Notes: a model not told the origin generated them from the sequence alone. A stretch of 64,000 bases of DNA from an uncultured Spirochaetota bacterium (GCA_963820525.1 CAWGAA010000001.1:1504001-1568000); one strand, 5' to 3'. Positions 1 through 10,533 are shown, numbered from the stretch's first letter. Made by a program: numbers and translations.

Positions 1-127
1 ATGAGGTCTTTCGGGTGCTAAGATATAATGTTCCAGGGAATTCATTCGGAGAAATGCGCTTTAGCTCGGGAGAGAGCCGCGGGACACGTTACCGGCGGCG
101 ACAGGGAAAAAAGGAGGCCAGGTGATT

Positions 128-982
128 ATGGGCGCAAGAAGTGTTCGGTTTTTAAGCATCATGTGTTTTTTCACTTTGGGAATATTCTTCGAGGCGGCCG
201 CTGAAGCCGAACTCAAAGATACTCCTTACTTCTCTGGAATGCCGAATTTCAGAATTACTGAATCCTCGGATCAAGAGTTTTCGGATTATCGTTTTTTTAA
301 CGGAAAAGACTGCACAACGGTTGAAGGCAAGAAATATTTCCGGGCGTACACTCTCGCGGAGGACGCAAAACAGTCCAGCGAGCTTCAGATTTCGCGAAAC
401 TACGCGAATGCCGTTAAAAACATGGCCGGCACCGTCGTGTTCGAAGGCGAGATTTCGGGAGTGGAATGCGCCGAGAACTCCGGCGGTCGGGCAATGATCG
501 GCAAGGTTATCAAAGGAGACAATGAGCTTTGGATTGAGGTTGCGCCTTTCAATGACGGCAATGATTATTACCTGACCGTTGTGGTGAAGGAAATAATGAA
601 ACAGGCGGTTACCGCGAATGACATGTTTGAGGCATTGAACAGGGACGGCCGTTTTACCCTCAATATTAATTTCGATGCCGGGGTGGCGGTGATCAAGCCC
701 GAATACAAGGCCATTATCTCCCAAATCGCTGAAATGCTGAAAAAGAATCCGGATCTCAAAATAAGCGTGGAGGGTCATACGGACGGGACGGGCGGCGACC
801 GGAATAGCAACTTGGCGCTTTCTGATGCACGGGCGACTGCTGTCATGAAAGCCATTATCGCCGAGGGTATCGATTCGAAACGCCTGAGCGCGATTGGGTA
901 TGGCTCGGATAAGCCCATCGCGGATATTACTACCGAAGAAGGCCGGGCGAAAAACCGAAGAGTCGAGATCATTAAGAAATAA
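128..982 (+). CDS. OmpA-family peptidoglycan-binding protein with signal peptide
   Basis: C-terminal OmpA_C motifs (VEGHTD, NLALSDARA, GYG..KP, NRRVEI); N-terminal signal peptide. Confidence 0.85.
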   Translation: MGARSVRFLSIMCFFTLGIFFEAAAEAELKDTPYFSGMPNFRITESSDQEFSDYRFFNGKDCTTVEGKKYFRAYTLAEDAKQSSELQISRNYANAVKNMAGTVVFEGEISGVECAENSGGRAMIGKVIKGDNELWIEVAPFNDGNDYYLTVVVKEIMKQAVTANDMFEALNRDGRFTLNINFDAGVAVIKPEYKAIISQIAEMLKKNPDLKISVEGHTDGTGGDRNSNLALSDARATAVMKAIIAEGIDSKRLSAIGYGSDKPIADITTEEGRAKNRRVEIIKK

Positions 983-1048
983 AGCGACAGACAAAGCCGA
1001 CACGAAGGAAACAGGCTGCTCACTTCCGAGGTGAACGGCCGCAGACCT

Positions 1049-1963
1049 CTAAATCCGCACGAACCGATCCGCAACCATCCCGAGGAGGAGCAGGGGAAGA
1101 TAGACGACGCTTGCCCTGAGGAGAAGCCGTGCGCGCGAATCTGAGACGCGCAGGGCGAAAGCGGCGCCGAAACCGACAAATGCAAAACCCAATGCTACGG
1201 CGCAGGCCAGGTAGATCCTGCCGCAAGCGCCGGCGGCGAAAGGCAAGAGGCTTGCGGCGAGGAGCAGCGCACAGTGAAGCGCCGCCTGGAAGCCTGCGCG
1301 GCGGCCGGAAGGATCCGTCACGGTGAGCGGGCGAAACCCCGCGCGGCGGTAGTCTTCCCGGTGCATCCAGGCAATGGACAGGGAGTGGGGGATCTGCCAG
1401 AGGTAGAGCACGAGAAACAGGCTCCAGGCCGCCGGGCTCAAGGCGCCGCTTGCCGCGGCACACCCCATCATCGGCGGGATCGCCCCGGAAACCCCCCCCA
1501 CCCAGGTTGAAAGAGGGCTCACCCTCTTCAGCGGGGTATAGAGAAAGAGGTAGCTCACCATGGTAAGCACGCCAAGCGTCAGGGTGAGAAGGTTGACGAA
1601 TACGGCCAGAAGCGTCACGCCGAAAGCACCGAGAACGACCCCGAAAACCAAAGCGGCCGCCGGGCTCATTCGCGATGAAGGCAGCGGGCGCTCCACCGTG
1701 CGCAGCATGCGGCCATCCGACCCGCGCTCGATGTATTGGTTGAAAACCCCGCTCGCGGCCGCCAGGAGCACGGTGCCGGAAAGGGTTGCGGCCAGGCAGA
1801 GCGGGTCCACGCCGGCCGTCGCCGAAACGAGGTAGCCTGCCGCCGTCGAGGCGAGAGAGAGCCCCATCACCTTGGGCTTGCCCAGGAGCAGATAGTCTTT
1901 CACGGTATCCAGGCGCAGGCGGCGGGCGGCGGCCGACGCGTGCTCTCCGGCGCTCCTCTTCAT
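1049..1963 (-). CDS. ctaB: Heme o synthase (protoheme IX farnesyltransferase)
   Basis: NQYIERGSDGRMLRTVERPLPS, YTPLKR, GAIPP and WQIPH motifs; divergent from the cox operon; start uncertain (1963 or 1996). Confidence 0.9.
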   Translation of the reverse strand: MKRSAGEHASAAARRLRLDTVKDYLLLGKPKVMGLSLASTAAGYLVSATAGVDPLCLAATLSGTVLLAAASGVFNQYIERGSDGRMLRTVERPLPSSRMSPAAALVFGVVLGAFGVTLLAVFVNLLTLTLGVLTMVSYLFLYTPLKRVSPLSTWVGGVSGAIPPMMGCAAASGALSPAAWSLFLVLYLWQIPHSLSIAWMHREDYRRAGFRPLTVTDPSGRRAGFQAALHCALLLAASLLPFAAGACGRIYLACAVALGFAFVGFGAAFALRVSDSRARLLLRASVVYLPLLLLGMVADRFVRI

Positions 1964-2008
1964 ACTGAAAAGTATACTACCCGCGGAACGCCTCACGGAC
2001 CGGAAAGT

Positions 2009-2037
2009 TTGACATTCGGGAACCTCGTTATTACTAT
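2009..2037 (+). promoter_or_regulatory. Putative sigma70 promoter of the cox operon
   Basis: TTGACA-17 bp-TACTAT upstream of ORF 2092. Confidence 0.55.
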
Positions 2038-2091
2038 CTATTAAAACGTGACTCTTTGAGACAATGATGGTGAAGTTGAAGGAGGAAAGTA

Positions 2092-2916
2092 ATGATCAAC
2101 GGCCTGTATCAACTCCTGACAAGATTGGGCTACACGGACCCCTTGCACGCCCCTCTCACTCACTTTCCCATCGGCCTCGTCTTCGGGGCCCTGATCTTCT
2201 TTCTCGTCGCCATCATCTTTAAGCAGTCCCGCCTCGTCCTCACGGCGCGGCACGCCTCCATCCTCGCTTTCGTGATGGTATTCCCCACCATCCTCTTCGG
2301 CGTGATCGATTGGATCCATTTCTTCAATGGCGCGCTGATCGATCCCATCAAGTACAAGATCGGCCTGGCAACCATCGTCCTGATCGTGCTCGCAATCGGA
2401 ATCATCGTGGGAAGCGAGGTGAAGCTCCACACCTGGACCATGACCATCGTCTACGTGGTAGCCTTTCTAGCCGTTGTCGGCCTGGGGTGGTTCGGAGCGG
2501 GGCTCTATCCCCGCACCCTGCGGCGAAACCTGGCGGCAGCACCTGCCGCTCAACCGGCCACCGCAGAGCCGGCGCCCAGTCAGCCCGCCGCCCCGCCCAC
2601 ACCCGGCGCCCAGGCGGCGAAGCCGGCGGCGAAACCCGCCTCAGCGGCTTCCACGCAGGCGGGCCAGAAGATCTTCGCGGACAGCTGTGAGGCATGCCAC
2701 GCCGACGGCGGCAACCTCGTGGTTTCCAACCTCCCGCTGAAGAGCTCAAAACAGCTTGCCAGCCTTTCCACGTTCGCGGCATTCATCAGGGCTCCAAAGA
2801 TGCCGGATGGGTCGGAGGGAGTGATGCCCCCCTTCCCCGCGGACCAGATCAGCGACAGGCAGGCGGCGGATCTCTACGCGTACATAACGGCGATGGTCAA
2901 GACAACCTGGAAATAG
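2092..2916 (+). CDS. Membrane protein (DUF2231-like, HAPLTHFPI) fused through a Pro/Ala linker to a c-type cytochrome
   Basis: Four TM segments, CEACH heme motif and distal Met (VMPPF); strong RBS. Confidence 0.8.
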   Translation: MINGLYQLLTRLGYTDPLHAPLTHFPIGLVFGALIFFLVAIIFKQSRLVLTARHASILAFVMVFPTILFGVIDWIHFFNGALIDPIKYKIGLATIVLIVLAIGIIVGSEVKLHTWTMTIVYVVAFLAVVGLGWFGAGLYPRTLRRNLAAAPAAQPATAEPAPSQPAAPPTPGAQAAKPAAKPASAASTQAGQKIFADSCEACHADGGNLVVSNLPLKSSKQLASLSTFAAFIRAPKMPDGSEGVMPPFPADQISDRQAADLYAYITAMVKTTWK

Positions 2917-2935
2917 GCGCCGAGGAGGCGCGCTG

Positions 2936-3736
2936 ATGAGCGGAAAAATCGCGTGGCTTCTTCCCCTCGCGGTGCTCGCGGCGGCGGGCTGCGGCGCTCC
3001 GCCGAAGCCTCCCTCCAGTGTTTGGGGAGGGGTGGGCATGGACGAGAAGCTGGGCGCCTTGGTGCCTCTGGATGCCCAATTCCGGGACGAAGAGGGCGCG
3101 GCGGTGAGCCTGAAGACGCTGGTAAAGGCCCCTACCATCCTCGCCCTGGTCTACTATCACTGCCCCGACAGCTGCACGGTGCTGACGCAGGGCATGGCCC
3201 AGGCCATTGCCGCCCTCGATGCGGTGCCGGGCGCGGACTTCACCGCCATCACCGTCAGCTTCGATTCCATGGAAACCCCGCGGATGGCCGCTGAGCAGAA
3301 AAGAATCGCGCTTGCCATCGTCGGGGCCCGCTTTCCACCGCGGGAATGGCGGTTTCTCACGGGAGATGCCGCGAGCGTCAATGCCCTGACCGCCGCCGTT
3401 GGATTCCACTACGTGAAGCAGGGCGACGACTATGCCCACCCGCTGGGCCTCATCATCCTTTCACCGCAGGGAAAAATCGTGCGTTACATGAGCGGTACGG
3501 ATTTCCTGCCCCTCGACCTCCGGATGGCGCTGTTGGAAGCGTCGGAGGGGGTCGTCAAGCCAACCATCGCAAAGTTCGTGCGGTTCTGCTTCTCCTACAA
3601 TGCGCAGAGCCACCAGTACGTATTCAATATCCTGAAAGTGACCGCGATTGTCGTGCTGCTGCTCGCCGCATCCTTCGTGACCTACCTCGTGGTCGCGACC
3701 TCCAGAAAGCGGCGCACGGGGGAAGGAGTGAGCTGA
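2936..3736 (+). CDS. SCO family copper chaperone (lipoprotein)
   Basis: YYHCPDSC (CxxxC) and YAHP motifs; within the cox operon. Confidence 0.9.
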   Translation: MSGKIAWLLPLAVLAAAGCGAPPKPPSSVWGGVGMDEKLGALVPLDAQFRDEEGAAVSLKTLVKAPTILALVYYHCPDSCTVLTQGMAQAIAALDAVPGADFTAITVSFDSMETPRMAAEQKRIALAIVGARFPPREWRFLTGDAASVNALTAAVGFHYVKQGDDYAHPLGLIILSPQGKIVRYMSGTDFLPLDLRMALLEASEGVVKPTIAKFVRFCFSYNAQSHQYVFNILKVTAIVVLLLAASFVTYLVVATSRKRRTGEGVS

Positions 3737-5370
3737 TGGATGTGAACGCCGGGGCTGGAAGCTCCAACGGAGCGCTTCCCTATTACGCGGAGAAGAGCAG
3801 GTATCCGGGGATCCTGGGGTGGATCACCTCAACCGACCACAAGCGCATCGGGATCCTCTACCTCGTTCTGATCCTGTGCTTCTTCTTCACCGCTGTGGTG
3901 CTCGGCGTGCTGATGCGGATCCAGATGATGAGGCCGGGAAACCGCTTCCTCACGCCCCAGACCTACAACGCATTTTTCACCCTCCATGGGATCATCCAGA
4001 TATTCCTGGTGGTCATTCCCGCCATCCCGACGATCTTCGGAAACCTTTTTCTCCCCATCCTGATCGGCTACAGAGACATGGCCTTCCCCCGGCTGAACCT
4101 CTTCACCTGGTACCTTTTCCTCCTCGGCGCCGTTCTCGTCTTCGTCTCCGTGTTCGTCGGCGGAGGCGCCGTGGACACGGGATGGACCTTCTACGTTCCC
4201 TTCAGCCTCAAAACCACGGTGGACGTTCCCCTGGCTACCTTCGCCGTGTTCGTCCTGGGGATGTCCTCCATCCTCACGGGGATCAATATCGTGACCACGG
4301 TGCACATGTACCGGGCTCCCGGCATGGGCTTCTTCCGCATGCCCCTCTCGGTGTGGGGCTTCTACGCCACCGCCTGGGTGCAGATCCTCGCCACCCCGGT
4401 CATCGGCATCACGATGGTCCTCATCCTTGTGGAACGGATCTTCGGCATCGGAGTGTTCGATCCCACCAAGGGAGGGGACCCCCTTCTCTACCAACACCTG
4501 TTCTGGATCTACTCCCACCCCGCGGTCTACATCATGATCCTCCCCGCCATGGGGGTCATGTCGGATCTCTTCCCCGTTTTCTCGCGCAAGAACATCTTCG
4601 GCTACAAGCTGATCGCCTTCTCCAGCCTCGCCATCGCGAGCGTCGGCTCCCTGGTGTGGGGACACCATATGTTCGTGAGCGGGCAGAGCGATTTCGCAGA
4701 CATCGTCTTTTCGCTTCTCACCTTCCTCGTCGCGGTGCCCAGCGCCATCAAGGTCTTCAACTGGGTGGCCACCCTGTACAAGGGTTCCATCAAGGTGGAG
4801 CCGCCGTTCCTCTATGCCCTGGCCTTCATCTTCCTGTTCTCCATCGGGGGGCTCACGGGATTGGTGCAGGGAGCCCTCTCCACCAACGTCCAGATCCACG
4901 ACACCTATTTCGTCGTGGGGCACATCCACTACGTGATTTTCGGCGGCATGGGCTTCGGCTGGTTCGCGGCGCTGCACTACTGGTACCCCAAGATCACGGG
5001 AAAGATGTACAACAAGCGCGCCTCGGTCATCGCATGGCTGATCATCTTCATCGGTTTCAACCTCTTCTACTTCCCCATGCTCATCCTGGGGTGGCAGGGA
5101 ATGCCGCGGAGGTACGCCGACTACCTGCCCCGGTTCGCGGACCTGCAGTTCTGGTCCAGCATCGGTGCCTACATCATGGTGGGAGGGCTGGCACTCATGT
5201 TCGCCAACCTCTTCGTGGGCTTGAAGCGCGGAGAGAAGGCCCCGGCCAACCCCTGGGGAGGCGCAACGCTGGAGTGGCAGATCCCCTCTCCCCCGCCCGC
5301 GGAGGACTTCGAGGAAATTCCCGTGATCACCAAGGGGCCGTATGACTTCGGAAAGGGTGGTTCCCCGTGA
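3736..5370 (+). CDS. coxA: Cytochrome c oxidase subunit I (A2 type)
   Basis: TDHKRIG, FWIYSHPAVY, WGHHM, HDTYFVVGHIHY and MPRR; ATG at 3736 overlaps the SCO stop. Confidence 0.97.
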   Translation: MDVNAGAGSSNGALPYYAEKSRYPGILGWITSTDHKRIGILYLVLILCFFFTAVVLGVLMRIQMMRPGNRFLTPQTYNAFFTLHGIIQIFLVVIPAIPTIFGNLFLPILIGYRDMAFPRLNLFTWYLFLLGAVLVFVSVFVGGGAVDTGWTFYVPFSLKTTVDVPLATFAVFVLGMSSILTGINIVTTVHMYRAPGMGFFRMPLSVWGFYATAWVQILATPVIGITMVLILVERIFGIGVFDPTKGGDPLLYQHLFWIYSHPAVYIMILPAMGVMSDLFPVFSRKNIFGYKLIAFSSLAIASVGSLVWGHHMFVSGQSDFADIVFSLLTFLVAVPSAIKVFNWVATLYKGSIKVEPPFLYALAFIFLFSIGGLTGLVQGALSTNVQIHDTYFVVGHIHYVIFGGMGFGWFAALHYWYPKITGKMYNKRASVIAWLIIFIGFNLFYFPMLILGWQGMPRRYADYLPRFADLQFWSSIGAYIMVGGLALMFANLFVGLKRGEKAPANPWGGATLEWQIPSPPPAEDFEEIPVITKGPYDFGKGGSP

Positions 5371-5972
5371 GCGAGGAACACGCGCAGGCAAATTCCACAG
5401 GAGCGCGGATGGGCATCTGGCTTTTCATCTGCACGGAGATACTCCTGTTCGGCGGGCTGTTTCTCCTGTACTCGATGTACCGGTATCGAAACCCCGCGGA
5501 GTTCCACGCCGCCTCCCTTGAGCTGAGCAGGTTCGACGGCACGCTCAACACCTCGATTCTCATCACCTCGAGCCTCACCGTGGCCCTCTCGATCTTCAGC
5601 CTGGAGAAGGGAAACAGGAAGCGGACCCTTCTCTTCCTGGCGGCAACCATCGCCTTCGGCCTTGGGTTCCTTGTGGTCAAGGGCTTCGAGTGGGGGGAGA
5701 AGTTCATCCACGGGCTGTACCCCAACTCTCCCGTGCTCTTGTCCAAGGCCAAGGGAGAGATCCTCTACTTCGGGCTGTACTTCATGATGACGGGCCTGCA
5801 CGCGCTGCACGTTCTTGTGGGGATGGGGCTGCTTGCCGTGGTCTTCATTCTCATCAGGCGGGGGGTCGTGTCAACGGAGCGGCCGGTGATCCTGCAGAAC
5901 TCCGGCCTGTACTGGCACCTGGTGGACATCATCTGGATATTCCTGTTCCCCCTCTTCTATCTCATAACCTGA
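5367..5972 (+). CDS. coxC: Cytochrome c oxidase subunit III
   Basis: GIWLFICTE, TGLHALHV and LYWHLVDIIW. Confidence 0.95.
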   Translation: MSEEHAQANSTGARMGIWLFICTEILLFGGLFLLYSMYRYRNPAEFHAASLELSRFDGTLNTSILITSSLTVALSIFSLEKGNRKRTLLFLAATIAFGLGFLVVKGFEWGEKFIHGLYPNSPVLLSKAKGEILYFGLYFMMTGLHALHVLVGMGLLAVVFILIRRGVVSTERPVILQNSGLYWHLVDIIWIFLFPLFYLIT

Positions 5973-5999
5973 CGGGGGAGCTGAAGGGAGGCGAGGGCC

Positions 6000-6281
6000 A
6001 TGGAAGGACATGCCGCGGCGCGAGCCCGAAGCTATATCTTCGTCTGGATCGGGCTCCTCATCTTCACGGCGCTCACCGTCACAATGGCGAGCCTGGACCT
6101 GGGAGCCATTGCCATCGTGGTTGTCCTGGCCATCGCCGCCTTCAAATCGACCCTGGTGCTCCTCTACTTCATGCACCTGCGCTACGAGAAGCGCCTGCTC
6201 ATCAAGCTGCTGGTTCCCATCGCGATCTGCACGCTGGCCATCTTCATCGGGCTCACCTACACCGACGTGCTGCACCGCTAA
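6000..6281 (+). CDS. coxD: Cytochrome c oxidase subunit IV family
   Basis: Three TM helices, YFMHLRYE motif. Confidence 0.9.
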   Translation: MEGHAAARARSYIFVWIGLLIFTALTVTMASLDLGAIAIVVVLAIAAFKSTLVLLYFMHLRYEKRLLIKLLVPIAICTLAIFIGLTYTDVLHR

Positions 6282-6295
6282 GGAGGAAGTGAGAA

Positions 6296-7210
6296 ATGGC
6301 GGTTTCAACGTTCGTGGTCGACAGCGGCTTCATCTACATCCTCGTGTTCCTCTTCCTGCTGCTCTTCCTCATCGTCTTTCTCATGGTCTATTTCATCGTG
6401 CGCTATCGCCGCTCGCGAAACCCGGTGCCGGCCGACATTTCGGGAAACACCTTCCTGGAGATCCTCTGGGTGGTGATCCCCACCATCATCGTGATGACGA
6501 TGTTCGTCTACGGCCTGCAGGGCTACATTTTCCTTCGCAGCGCGCCGGCGGATTCGATGCACGTGAAGGTGATAAGCCGGCAGTGGTCGTGGCTTTTCCA
6601 GTACGACAACGGCACGTCCAGCTCCCAGCTGGTCGCGCCCCTGGGAAGGAACGTCCGCCTGGAGCTCGTCTCTGAGGACGTGATCCACGGCTTTTTCGTC
6701 CCCGCCTTCCGCATCAAGCAGGACGCGGTGCCCGGCATGACGACCACCGCGTGGTTCAATGCAACCGTGGCGGGAAGCTACGACATCCTGTGCACCCAGT
6801 ACTGCGGGGTGGGACATTCCGCCATGCTCGCCAAGCTGATCGTCGTGCCGCCGGACCAATTCGCGCAGTGGTACGCGGGAGAGAAGACGGCGGCGGGTCT
6901 CGCCCCTCCCTCGGCGACGCCTGTCGGCGAGGAGCTCCTGCGTCAGAAAGGGTGCCTGGCCTGCCACTCCCTGGACGGGAGCAAGATGGTAGGGCCGACC
7001 TTCAAGGGCCTGTACGGGAACGGCGTGCGGGTGCTCACGGCCGGAAAGCCGCGCACCGTCATGGCGGACGACGACTACCTCGAGAGCTCCATCCTGGACC
7101 CCGGCGCGGACGTCGTGGTAGGCTACCCCAACCTCATGCCCTCGGGCCGGGGAAAAGTCACGGACAAGGAAATGGACGATATAATTCAATACTTGCAGAC
7201 TCTGAAGTAA
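6296..7210 (+). CDS. coxB: Cytochrome c oxidase subunit II with C-terminal cytochrome c
   Basis: DVIHG, CuA motif CTQYCGVGHSAM, heme motif CLACH. Confidence 0.95.
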   Translation: MAVSTFVVDSGFIYILVFLFLLLFLIVFLMVYFIVRYRRSRNPVPADISGNTFLEILWVVIPTIIVMTMFVYGLQGYIFLRSAPADSMHVKVISRQWSWLFQYDNGTSSSQLVAPLGRNVRLELVSEDVIHGFFVPAFRIKQDAVPGMTTTAWFNATVAGSYDILCTQYCGVGHSAMLAKLIVVPPDQFAQWYAGEKTAAGLAPPSATPVGEELLRQKGCLACHSLDGSKMVGPTFKGLYGNGVRVLTAGKPRTVMADDDYLESSILDPGADVVVGYPNLMPSGRGKVTDKEMDDIIQYLQTLK

Positions 7211-7228
7211 ATTCTCCTGGGGCATGCC

Positions 7229-8632
7229 ATGAAAAGCGAAGAGGATTCTTTCCGTATCGAAACCGACAGCATGGGAGAAATCAAGGTCCCCGCGTGGGCA
7301 TTCTGGGGGGCGCAGACCCAGCGGGCGGTGGCCAACTTCTCCATCTCGAGCCTCCGAATCCCCACGGCGCTGGTGCGCGCCATGGCAGTGGTGAAGGCCG
7401 CCTCGGCCCTGGTCAACCGGGACCTCGGGCTGGTGGAGCGCCGGCTTGCCGATGCAATCCAGAGCGCTGCCCAGGAGGTTTCCGAGGGGAAGTGGGACGC
7501 GCATTTCCCCATCGACGTGTTCCAGACCGGCTCGGGAACCTCGTGGAACATGAACGCCAACGAGGTGATCGCCAACAGGGCAAATCAGATCCTGGGCGCC
7601 CCTTTGGCGGCCAAGAAGCCCGTTCACCCCAACGACCACGTCAACCGGGGACAGTCGTCCAACGACGTGATCCCCACGGTGATCCACATCGCGGATCGGC
7701 TGGCCGCGGAGAAGCTCGCCGCCGCCCTGGGGCGCCTGGCCGGATCCCTGTCCGCCAAGGCAAAGGAGTTTACCGGGGTGCTCAAGATCGGACGCACCCA
7801 TCTTCAAGATGCGGTTCCCATGACGCTGGGACAGGAGTTCTCCGGCTACGCGCGGCAGATCGAGAAAAATCGCGAGCTTCTCCAACGCTGTTACCCCAGC
7901 CTGGAGGAGCTCGCCATCGGCGGCACGGCGATCGGCACGGGGCTCAACACGCATCCCGAGTTCGCCCTCCGCGTCGTTTCCGAGATATCGGAGCGCACGG
8001 GAGTCCGTTTCCGCGAGGCGGCCAGCCTCTTCGAGGCCGAGGCTTCGCGCGACGCGCAGGTCGAGCTCATGGGGGCGCTGAACTCGATCGCGGTGAGCCT
8101 CACCAAAATCGCCAACGATCTTCGCCTCCTGGCAAGCGGCCCCCGGGCGGGGCTGGGGGAGATCGTCCTCCCCTCCCTCCAGCCCGGAAGCTCCATCATG
8201 CCGGGAAAGGTGAACCCCGTCATCCTGGAGATGACAATCCAGGCGGCGGCCCACGTGATGGGAAAGTGCCTCTCGGTGAGCATCGCGGGGCAGACCGGCC
8301 CGCTTGAGCTCAACATGATGATGCCGCTCATCGCCTACGAAACGGTGAGCGCGCTCGACCTTGTTTCCAACACCTGCGACGCGCTTCGAGAGCGCTGTAT
8401 CGAGGGAATCGCCGCGGACCAGAAACGCTCGGCGCAGTGGATCGAGTGGAGCCTGGCCCTCGTCACGCCGCTCGCCCTTCGCATCGGCTACGACAAAGCC
8501 GCCAAGCTGGCCCAGAAGGCTCTGGCGGAGAACCGCACCATCAGGGATGTCGTGATCGGGGAAGGGGTGCTCAGCCCCGAAGAGGCCGACAAGATCCTGA
8601 ACCCTGCCAACATGCTGGGACCGTCGGCATAG
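7229..8632 (+). CDS. fumC: Class II fumarate hydratase
   Basis: QTGSGTSWNMN, KIGRTHLQDA and GSSIMPGKVNP. Confidence 0.93.
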   Translation: MKSEEDSFRIETDSMGEIKVPAWAFWGAQTQRAVANFSISSLRIPTALVRAMAVVKAASALVNRDLGLVERRLADAIQSAAQEVSEGKWDAHFPIDVFQTGSGTSWNMNANEVIANRANQILGAPLAAKKPVHPNDHVNRGQSSNDVIPTVIHIADRLAAEKLAAALGRLAGSLSAKAKEFTGVLKIGRTHLQDAVPMTLGQEFSGYARQIEKNRELLQRCYPSLEELAIGGTAIGTGLNTHPEFALRVVSEISERTGVRFREAASLFEAEASRDAQVELMGALNSIAVSLTKIANDLRLLASGPRAGLGEIVLPSLQPGSSIMPGKVNPVILEMTIQAAAHVMGKCLSVSIAGQTGPLELNMMMPLIAYETVSALDLVSNTCDALRERCIEGIAADQKRSAQWIEWSLALVTPLALRIGYDKAAKLAQKALAENRTIRDVVIGEGVLSPEEADKILNPANMLGPSA

Positions 8633-8742
8633 CCTCCGCACGGCGCCGGCGCCCCGGCGGGCTGGCCCGCTGGAGCGGTCATGCCCGGCAGCTATGACAC
8701 GCAAGCGGTCCTGCCCAGCCGCGGCAGCACGCGCGGCCGCGC

Positions 8743-9609
8743 TCAGCCCCTTCGCTTCAGAACCTCGCCCACCGCAGAGAAATCGGCGTCACCAAGCCCG
8801 GCCCCTCGAGCCAGGGAGAAAAGCTCCTTGGCGGCATGCGTCGTGGGCAGCGCGATTCCCCGCTCGAAGGCGGTGAGGGAAACCAACTGAAGGTCCTTCA
8901 ACATCAAGGCGAGGGGGAACTCGGCGTCACGGCCGCCGGCTTCCAGCTTGGCGCGCTTTCCCGTAAGAAACGGCGCGGCGACGGCTCCGCCCACAAGAGT
9001 GTCCAGGAGGAGCTTCCGGGGAAGCCCCATGGCCTCCCCCAGGGCAAGCGCTTCGGCGAAGGCCGCCATCGCGTTTCCCAAAAGCAGGTTGTTGACGAGC
9101 TTCATCGAAACGCCCGAGCCCACGGGCCCGAGGTGGACGATGCTCTTTCCCATTGCTTCCAGAAGCGGCCTGCATTCGGCCAGGTCCTCTCCCGCGGCGC
9201 CCACCAGGAATGCCAGCTCCCCCCTTTCGGCGGGGCCGATGCTCCCGGAGACCGGCGCATCGACGAAGCGAATGCCCCTGGACCGGCACTCCTCGGCCAT
9301 GATGCGGGTGAATGAGGGGTTGACGGTGCTCGAGTCGACCCAGAGCCTGCCCCTGGCCAGCGTTTCGAGCAGCCCCCCGGCGCCCAACGCAGCCTCGCGA
9401 ACTGCATCGGGGGTCGCCAGCATCGTGAAGGCGACCTCGGCGTCCCGAGCGGCTTCCGCGGGCGACGTGGCCACGCGGGCTCCTTCGGAAGCCAGCCTCC
9501 CCGCTTTCGAGTGAGTGCGGTTATACACGGAAAGCCGGTGGCCTTTTTTCAGGAGGTTTGCGGCCATGCGGGCTCCCATGAGCCCCAATCCAATGAATGC
9601 GATTTTCAT
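8743..9609 (-). CDS. 3-hydroxyisobutyrate/2-hydroxy-3-oxopropionate reductase family NAD(P)-dependent oxidoreductase
   Basis: IGLGLMG, DAPVSG, MKLVNN and LMLKDL. Confidence 0.9.
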   Translation of the reverse strand: MKIAFIGLGLMGARMAANLLKKGHRLSVYNRTHSKAGRLASEGARVATSPAEAARDAEVAFTMLATPDAVREAALGAGGLLETLARGRLWVDSSTVNPSFTRIMAEECRSRGIRFVDAPVSGSIGPAERGELAFLVGAAGEDLAECRPLLEAMGKSIVHLGPVGSGVSMKLVNNLLLGNAMAAFAEALALGEAMGLPRKLLLDTLVGGAVAAPFLTGKRAKLEAGGRDAEFPLALMLKDLQLVSLTAFERGIALPTTHAAKELFSLARGAGLGDADFSAVGEVLKRRG

Positions 9610-9632
9610 AAGCGCCTCCAGCGCAGCGGCCT

Positions 9633-10334
9633 CTATTTGCTCAGGGACTTCACATACCCGTCCAGCATCCGCCTGAGCTCAGCTGCCGAGGGAGGCACGG
9701 CCACGAGCTTCCCCTGGATGATCTCTTGAGGATTGACGTCGCCGCGGCCATAGTATGCGCTGTTGGCGTCGTCGTCGACGTCGATGGTTGCCCCCGCGAT
9801 CTGGACGCCGGCGAAAAGCCCCCTGGTGCGCGCGTAGGAATAGATCTCGGATTTCATTTCCGCGTCCGTGCTCGCCCCCGCCTGCCGGCCGAGGCCGCCC
9901 GCCGCTATCGAGGCATCCACCCCGAGGGTGAACGAGCCGTCGAGCACACCGTCGAGGCTCCTCTTTGTCCGGAAGAAGAGCAGAAGATCAATGGATTGGA
10001 TCCCCACCTGCCACCCGACGCTTCCCCCCTTGAGCGTGATGAAGACGGGAGCGCTCCATGACCCGCCGGGATTTTTCACGAGGAGCACCCCTTTGCCGTA
10101 CTGACCGCCGATCACGAAGGCGGCCTTCTGGACCTCGGGGACGATGGCCAGCGCGTACGCGTCCGTCATCATTGTATCCGGCACTTCCTTGTCGGGAACC
10201 TCGGTGATCTGCCGAAACACGTCGATGGCGTCTTCAACCTTTCGCACCTCGTTGCGCTGGGCCACAAGCGGCTGTGCGGCGATAAGGACAATGGCGAAAA
10301 AGATGGCGAGCGTCACTGCAAATGGCTTTCTCAT
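9633..10334 (-). CDS. Ysc84/SYLF lipid-binding domain secreted protein
   Basis: Signal peptide; GGQYGKG, GSVGWQVG and YARTRGLFAG motifs. Confidence 0.85.
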   Translation of the reverse strand: MRKPFAVTLAIFFAIVLIAAQPLVAQRNEVRKVEDAIDVFRQITEVPDKEVPDTMMTDAYALAIVPEVQKAAFVIGGQYGKGVLLVKNPGGSWSAPVFITLKGGSVGWQVGIQSIDLLLFFRTKRSLDGVLDGSFTLGVDASIAAGGLGRQAGASTDAEMKSEIYSYARTRGLFAGVQIAGATIDVDDDANSAYYGRGDVNPQEIIQGKLVAVPPSAAELRRMLDGYVKSLSK

Positions 10335-10533
10335 CGGCATCGGCCTCCTGGTATACTTCTTTAAAACCTTTCCAGGCGAATAATATACCACTGCTCGAGC
10401 GGCGGAAAGTCTGGGTGGGCCGCCTGCGACGGATCGATGTCGCGCCCTTGCCGCCCCGGCCGGGCCCCCGCCACCGCGCCCGCGACCGCGTTTCTCTTCT
10501 TATTGGCCGGCCGATGCTGTATGCTGGCCGGGA

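Noticed and set aside
3819..8704. Long overlapping or antisense ORFs (for example 3819..5345, 3829..5391, 6305..8704)
   Set aside because: Shadow frames of high-GC genes with no motifs; the same applies to 57947..60118, 56691..58262 and 48486..49823.
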